Source of the DNA: a bacterium
GTDB lineage: Bacteria; Arandabacterota; Arandabacteria; Arandabacterales; JALGWA01
Length of the DNA stretch: 44,501 nt
Assembly: GCA_050125095.1 (NCBI GenBank)
Contig: JASFEA010000007.1
Coordinates: 1-44,501 of the forward strand
Direction: 5' to 3'
Below the pieces are notes generated by a model that worked only from the letters and a program-made list of their open reading frames with translations, had not been told where the DNA came from and did not search any database. Positions 39,722 to 44,501 of the stretch are shown piece after piece; the first letter of the stretch is position 1, and each line of letters begins with the position of its first letter. A program made the position numbers and the translations under genes.

Positions 39722-41517
39722 GGCTTATCCACCTCCAGCCCGTTGCCGGCCGTGAACTGGAGTTTCACGAGATCCGAGTAATACCCCTCCTGTTTGACGA
39801 GTTCCTCGTGTCTTCCTCTCTCTATTATCTCCCCTTCGCGAATGACCAGGATCTTATCCACGTTGCGTATGGTCGAGAGCCGGTGCGCTATCACTATCGA
39901 TGTGCGGCCGCGCATCAGCGTCTCGAGGCCGTCCTGTATCAGCCTCTCGGTCTCCGGGTCCACCGAGCTCGTCGCCTCATCCAGCACCAGCACCTCCGGA
40001 TCGAAAGCCAGGGCGCGGGCGAAGGACAGAAGCTGGCGCTCTCCCCGGCTCAGGTTCGCCCCGCGCTCCGAAAGCTCCGACTCGTACCTGTCCGGCATGG
40101 ACTCGATGAAACGGTCGGCGGAGACCATGCGGCATGCCTCCATGACCCGCTCCCGGCTGTCGCCGTTTCCGGAGAGCGACACGTTGCTCGCGACATCGCC
40201 CGGGAAGAGGAAGATGTCCTGCAGCACCAGCCCGAACTTGCGCCTGAGCTCTGGAAGCCTCACGTTCCTGATGTCCACTCCGTCAACAAGGATTCTTCCC
40301 CTCTGAGGGTCGTAGAACCTGAAGAGGAGGTTGATCACGGTGGATTTGCCGCCGCCCGTGACGCCGGCCAGAGCGAAGCGCCCGCCCTTCGGGATGGTGA
40401 ACGATACGTCCCTGAGCGCGTAGTTGTCATCGCCCGTATATGAGAACCAAACGTTCTCGAACACGATCTCCGAGTCCAGCCCCGGCCACTTTACCGGGTT
40501 CACCGGGTCGGGCACTATCTCTTCATTGTCCAGGAGCCCGAATATGCGCTTGGCGCCGGCCACGGCCTTCTGCACCACCGCCAGTTCCTCTGCCGCCATG
40601 AAAACCGGCTCGAAGAACATGCGCACATAGGTTATGAACATCACGAGCGTGCCTATGGTGAGGCCCGTCACGCCGGCCCAGCGCGAGCCGAAGTAGAGCA
40701 CTATCGCGATGATCAACGTCTCCACGAAGAAGAGGAAGTTGAACATCACCACCACGATGAGCTCCGCCGTGACCTGCGGCTTGTACTTGGCGCGGTTCAC
40801 ATCATTCATCTTCCGCTTCACGTCGTCGGTGCGGTCGAATATCTGAATCACCTGCATACCCTGCAGGAACTCCGTCAGGGTCGCGGTGACGTCGGCCATG
40901 CGCTTCCTTATGACGAGCCACATGGGCGTCGTCGTCTTAAGGTAGAAATAGAGCGCCACCGTGACTATGGGGAACACGAGCAACACCACAAGCGTCAGCT
41001 TGGGCGCTATTATGAACATCCAGACGAACATCCCCGCGACGAGCAGCACCGATCCCACCATGGCCACGACCGTGTTGGTGAACATCATACGAAGCGCTTC
41101 TGTATCGGACTCGACGCGCGCCATCAACCGGCCCGGAGGGTTCTGGTCGAAGAAGGATATCGAGAGCCTGAGGATGTGGTTGAAAAGCCGCTTCCTCAGG
41201 ACGATCATCACCTTCTGCCCGATAATCTCCATCCTGAGGCGGAAGAGGTAATTCGTCACAAGGAACAGAGCCTGCAGGACGACGTAGACCGCCACCGTGC
41301 CCAGGAGACCCCTGTAATCCCTGCCCGCTATGTCAATGTCGATGGCGTGCCTGATGAGATTCGGTCCCGCCAGGTACACGACCTTCGAGATCGCAAGCAG
41401 GAGGAAGCAACCCGCCAGCCACCGGCGATGGGGCTTGAGGAACGGCAGAAGCCTTCCCAGTGCCCTTCTCGAGCTTATGCCGTCATGTTTTTCGTCTTCG
41501 TAATATGCCGATTCCAT
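39718..41517 (-). CDS. ABC exporter, fused TMD-NBD partner subunit with degenerate signature
   Basis: GRLMARVESD, GVTGGGKST, LSRGERQ, VLDEATSSVD, IAHRLST; ATG 41517. Confidence 0.93.
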   Translation of the reverse strand: MESAYYEDEKHDGISSRRALGRLLPFLKPHRRWLAGCFLLLAISKVVYLAGPNLIRHAIDIDIAGRDYRGLLGTVAVYVVLQALFLVTNYLFRLRMEIIGQKVMIVLRKRLFNHILRLSISFFDQNPPGRLMARVESDTEALRMMFTNTVVAMVGSVLLVAGMFVWMFIIAPKLTLVVLLVFPIVTVALYFYLKTTTPMWLVIRKRMADVTATLTEFLQGMQVIQIFDRTDDVKRKMNDVNRAKYKPQVTAELIVVVMFNFLFFVETLIIAIVLYFGSRWAGVTGLTIGTLVMFITYVRMFFEPVFMAAEELAVVQKAVAGAKRIFGLLDNEEIVPDPVNPVKWPGLDSEIVFENVWFSYTGDDNYALRDVSFTIPKGGRFALAGVTGGGKSTVINLLFRFYDPQRGRILVDGVDIRNVRLPELRRKFGLVLQDIFLFPGDVASNVSLSGNGDSRERVMEACRMVSADRFIESMPDRYESELSERGANLSRGERQLLSFARALAFDPEVLVLDEATSSVDPETERLIQDGLETLMRGRTSIVIAHRLSTIRNVDKILVIREGEIIERGRHEELVKQEGYYSDLVKLQFTAGNGLEVDKP

Positions 41518-41557
41518 CTCAGAGCTCCGCGGAGGACACGGCCTCCGCCATCTAATC

Positions 41558-41596
41558 AAAAAGCCCGCCGGACCTTCCGCTTGGTCCGGCGGGCTT
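41558..41596 (-). terminator. Leader (attenuator) terminator upstream of the ABC exporter
   Basis: Minus strand AAGCCCGCCGGACC-AAGCGGAA-GGTCCGGCGGGCTT-TTT: 14-bp stem plus U-run, about 40 nt before the ABC start codon. Confidence 0.85.
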
Positions 41597-41616
41597 GTTA
41601 GCGCCTTTATGTCGCG

Positions 41617-41718
41617 TTAGGTAGGCCGTTTAAGGTGACCTCCGCAGCCCGCGGACCACTCAGGAAGGATTCCAATACCGTTAAAATTCGGTATGAGAAT
41701 GTGAGTGCCTTTAACCAA
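41617..41718 (-). CDS. Putative 33-aa leader peptide MVKGTHILIPNFNGIGILPEWSAGCGGHLKRPT
   Basis: GGAGGT RBS 5 nt before TTG; stop about 20 nt upstream of the terminator; contains the antiterminator strand. Confidence 0.55.
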   Translation of the reverse strand: MVKGTHILIPNFNGIGILPEWSAGCGGHLKRPT

Positions 41719-41854
41719 TGTACACCTCCATAGCACATTCTCCCTTCCGGTGCCGGTCGGCTACTACTGAATCATTCGTCCCGTCAGCCTGTTATAAGTC
41801 CTTTGCTATTCCTTATCGTCCCCTCACAGCCCAGAATTAGTGCTAATCCATAGA

Positions 41855-41882
41855 ATTGTACATCAATTCCGGATTTTGTCAA
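41855..41882 (-). promoter_or_regulatory. Promoter for the leader and ABC exporter
   Basis: TTGACA (41882-41877), 16 bp, TACAAT (41860-41855). Confidence 0.65.
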
Positions 41883-41996
41883 GCTCTAAGAAGCCGGGCC
41901 CCGGGATTCGGGGATATTGCGCCACTCGCCGCATTCGGGTCGCGCGGCCCCCGCATGGCGCCGGGCGATCGCATCCGGATGGCAATTCGAGCGGCC

Positions 41997-43001
41997 TCAG
42001 CCGCCCCGGCGGCCGGCGACCTCCTCCAATATGATCTTCACAATCCAGTTTGAGACCTTGTTCTTGACGAGCCCTAAGAAACCCGGCCTGAAGTGATAGT
42101 GGGTCTGGGCCCAGAAGAAACATGCGTGGGGAAACTCGCGGTAAACGTCCCTCAAGACCGCCTCAGCGACTTCCCTCCTGTTGGTCCTGTACTTGCCCAC
42201 ATGCTTGATGCCCGGGCAGTTCCTGAGGAGCACATCGCACATTTCACCACCGTGCAAGCATTTGTCATAATCGCTGTATTCGTAACAGTTCCGGCCGTCG
42301 GGCAGGTACACGAGAAGCAGCGCCAGGTTGACGGTCCTCCTGCCGGCCTCGATGTCCCTCATAAAGACCTGGCCCGCGAGCATCTGCCAGGTCCTGACAT
42401 GCGGCTCATATTCCGCAAGGCCCGTCTCAATCAGGTCGGCCAGGAAAGGGTGCCTCGGTTCGAAATTAAGGAGCGGGTCCATCCTGAACCGGAAAGGGAT
42501 GTGGTTGTAACGCTCTTTATTCGGCCCATCACGCAGCTCGCCCGGCACCAGCTTCGTGTCCACTTTCTCGAAGGAGTGGGGATCATACGTGCGGGACAGC
42601 ACGTTCCTCATCGCTGGAATCTCCCTTATGCATATGTTGTCTATGTCCACATAGGTCCCTCCCCACCTGTACACGCAGGAGAGCCGGAAGAAGTCCGAAA
42701 ACAAGCCCCAGCCCAGGTCCTCCCTGTGCTCGTCCGACACACTCCCCTCAAACGGCGTGTCCATGACGACGTCGGCCGGCGACCACCTGACTATGTTTAC
42801 GGTATTAGTACCGGGCTCGACATGCTCGATCATGCTGGACGTAAGCGTATTGGAGAACACGTATACGCATTTGCCCTCATTGAAGAAGCATATGGTCCTC
42901 AGGCTGCAGTCGAGCCTGAGGCGCGCTTCCCGGTCCTTCTCCGCATACTCCCATAAGAGGTATATGTTATCGACCGAGGCATTGATGTCATCCGGAGTCA
43001 C
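41997..43001 (-). CDS. DXD-motif glycosyltransferase (GT32 / OCH1-like)
   Basis: SDFFRLSCVYRWGGTYVDIDNIC and FEPRHPFL motifs. Confidence 0.78.
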   Translation of the reverse strand: MTPDDINASVDNIYLLWEYAEKDREARLRLDCSLRTICFFNEGKCVYVFSNTLTSSMIEHVEPGTNTVNIVRWSPADVVMDTPFEGSVSDEHREDLGWGLFSDFFRLSCVYRWGGTYVDIDNICIREIPAMRNVLSRTYDPHSFEKVDTKLVPGELRDGPNKERYNHIPFRFRMDPLLNFEPRHPFLADLIETGLAEYEPHVRTWQMLAGQVFMRDIEAGRRTVNLALLLVYLPDGRNCYEYSDYDKCLHGGEMCDVLLRNCPGIKHVGKYRTNRREVAEAVLRDVYREFPHACFFWAQTHYHFRPGFLGLVKNKVSNWIVKIILEEVAGRRGG

Positions 43002-43229
43002 TTTATTCTGCTGCCATTTTGAATGCCTGAATCATGAAGCAAGTCTAGCCGACCCGCCCCGGCGATGTCACGGTGTATTCGATACGCGTGAGCAATGTGA
43101 ATGGGCCCGGGCTGCTGGAGAGAGCCTGGGGTGTTCGCGGTGCCTCCGGACTGCCCGACACGGGTTGTGCAGGAAGTGCTGAAGAACAACTCCATGGGAT
43201 TGTCGTCAAGAACACACGGGAAGACGGCC

Positions 43230-44501
43230 TTATCGCGGTCCCCGCACCGTCGGAAACTCATACCCCTGGAACGCCGACCGCGCCACGAGATAGGCCATGA
43301 CCAGGCCGGCCACGCTCAGCACCCACAAGAGCGCAACGCCACCGGGAACGGCCGTGGCCGCCTTTCTGACCAGGATCCCGATCGCCGCCGAGACTTTGTA
43401 TTCCTTTGTGACCCCGTTGCTCGACGCCCAGATCATCAGTATCAACGAACCAGCCGCGATGAACGTGATGACGAGATGGCCCCGGAGCAGCGATCTGCCG
43501 GGCGTCAAAGAGCGAAGCGGTCCCATTGCCATAATCAAATACAGAAACCACGGCAAGCCGACGCACATATAGACTACCGGAAGCGACAGCAGCCAGCCCC
43601 TGGCCCTGAGCTGTGGGTAGTCATCGAGGAGATTCATAGTCTCCACCTTGAGGGCCGTACCGCCTTCCGGGGTTCTCTTGAAGTACTTCCTGACGAGTTC
43701 GGCCGGAGGCACCTCTGTCCCGAAGACATCCGCGATGGCCCGGCTCAGCTGTTGCGCCACGAACTCTGGCGGGCTTCCCGGAGGAGTGTGGTAGGGCGAG
43801 AAGAGCACTAGATCCGTTCCCTTCACAAGCTCCGTGCTCCAGGTTGCATGGGCTTCGTCGCAGCAACCCTCCACTGGAGCGGGACTGCCGTTTGCACTGA
43901 TCTCCCAGTACTCGAGTGGAACGCGCACGTCGTAGCTGTGGTCATAGTATTTGGTGCCGTACGTGACGACTTCCTGGCCCGTGAAGAGACCCTTCGCCCG
44001 CACAGTTCCCACAGTGTAGCTGCCCAATGCAACCACGAGACCGGGAATGACAAGATACGCGAAAATCTTCCCCCTCGATATGGGCAGAGCGTCGACCATG
44101 TGGAGCCTGGGCAGCGCATAAGAGAGGAGGCCGCTCAGGGCCAGCAGGGCCCACAGAATCATAGCCGTGTTGGAAAGGCCTCCCAGGCCGTAACCCCCGT
44201 TCCTTAGACCCACGAAGGCCAGCCAGGTGAAGAGGAGCGCCGCAAGCCACGGATTATAGAGGATTCTGATGAGTACGCCACGCTGATTCACTTCGTCCGG
44301 CCCGGGCCCCCCGCGGGCGGCGCGGCCATATGGAGCGGCCGAATCCTCCCACCCGGTCTCAACCTGCTCCGCCTCCTCCGAATATCTGCTTGAGTCATGG
44401 GGCACCGCGTCGCTCGGCACTATTGCCAGGGCCCGGGGAAGCGACCGGTGGATGTGTACAAGAAGCGCGCCGGCAAGCGCGAGCGGGGCCAGCGCCAGAT
44501 A
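43230..44501 (-). CDS. Multi-TM membrane protein, possibly an ABC permease (partial, starts beyond the right edge)
   Basis: Frame is open from 44501 (YLALAPLALAGALLVHIHRS...); DALPISRGKIF permease-like motif; extracytoplasmic loop with CC. Confidence 0.6.
   Translation of the reverse strand, partial: YLALAPLALAGALLVHIHRSLPRALAIVPSDAVPHDSSRYSEEAEQVETGWEDSAAPYGRAARGGPGPDEVNQRGVLIRILYNPWLAALLFTWLAFVGLRNGGYGLGGLSNTAMILWALLALSGLLSYALPRLHMVDALPISRGKIFAYLVIPGLVVALGSYTVGTVRAKGLFTGQEVVTYGTKYYDHSYDVRVPLEYWEISANGSPAPVEGCCDEAHATWSTELVKGTDLVLFSPYHTPPGSPPEFVAQQLSRAIADVFGTEVPPAELVRKYFKRTPEGGTALKVETMNLLDDYPQLRARGWLLSLPVVYMCVGLPWFLYLIMAMGPLRSLTPGRSLLRGHLVITFIAAGSLILMIWASSNGVTKEYKVSAAIGILVRKAATAVPGGVALLWVLSVAGLVMAYLVARSAFQGYEFPTVRGPR

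Noticed and set aside
41750-41800. AGTAGTAGCCGACC (c-di-GMP-II-like) and CTGAATC/CCCGTCAGC (ydaO-like) words
   Set aside because: Short partial matches with wrong spacing and missing stems; an Rfam search would be needed to revive the idea
42998-43261. 87-aa ORF abutting the GT32 start
   Set aside because: No motifs or clear RBS and it overlaps the upstream gene; cannot be supported

Overview
GC-rich chromosomal window from a diderm bacterium (TolC channel, many lipoproteins). The C-terminal TWGxVKA(L/M)(Y/F)R protein tails suggest an uncultured FCB-related lineage such as Ca. Eisenbacteria, Krumholzibacteriota or Latescibacterota, but this is inference only. The left 22 kb is accessory: the start of a CzcCB-type heavy-metal RND efflux operon, cysK, a heme-membrane/iron-sulfur flavoprotein pair, a MATE exporter, two secreted Cys-rich proteins sharing a C-terminal TWG motif, a GT39-TPR glycosyltransferase, comM, an Xre-RES toxin-antitoxin pair with a visible promoter and operators, a DUF2914/M16 peptidase/creatininase/repeat-lipoprotein operon and an ABC transporter. 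Positions 22-37.6 kb are a minus-strand housekeeping run (yebC-ruvCAB-queA-tgt-yajC-def-fmt-DUF116-rsmB-PASTA-rpe-ffh-rpsP-khpA-rimM-trmD-rplS-rnhB-yraN). The right end has a REP/MITE-like inverted-repeat element, a heterodimeric ABC exporter preceded by a leader peptide plus terminator/antiterminator, a GT32-like glycosyltransferase and a partial membrane protein. The best leads are the putative TWG-K C-terminal sorting signal, the ribosome-dependent attenuator on the ABC exporter, the REPIN-like element and the M16/creatininase/repeat-lipoprotein operon. No rRNA, tRNA, CRISPR array, integrase or transposase was seen.
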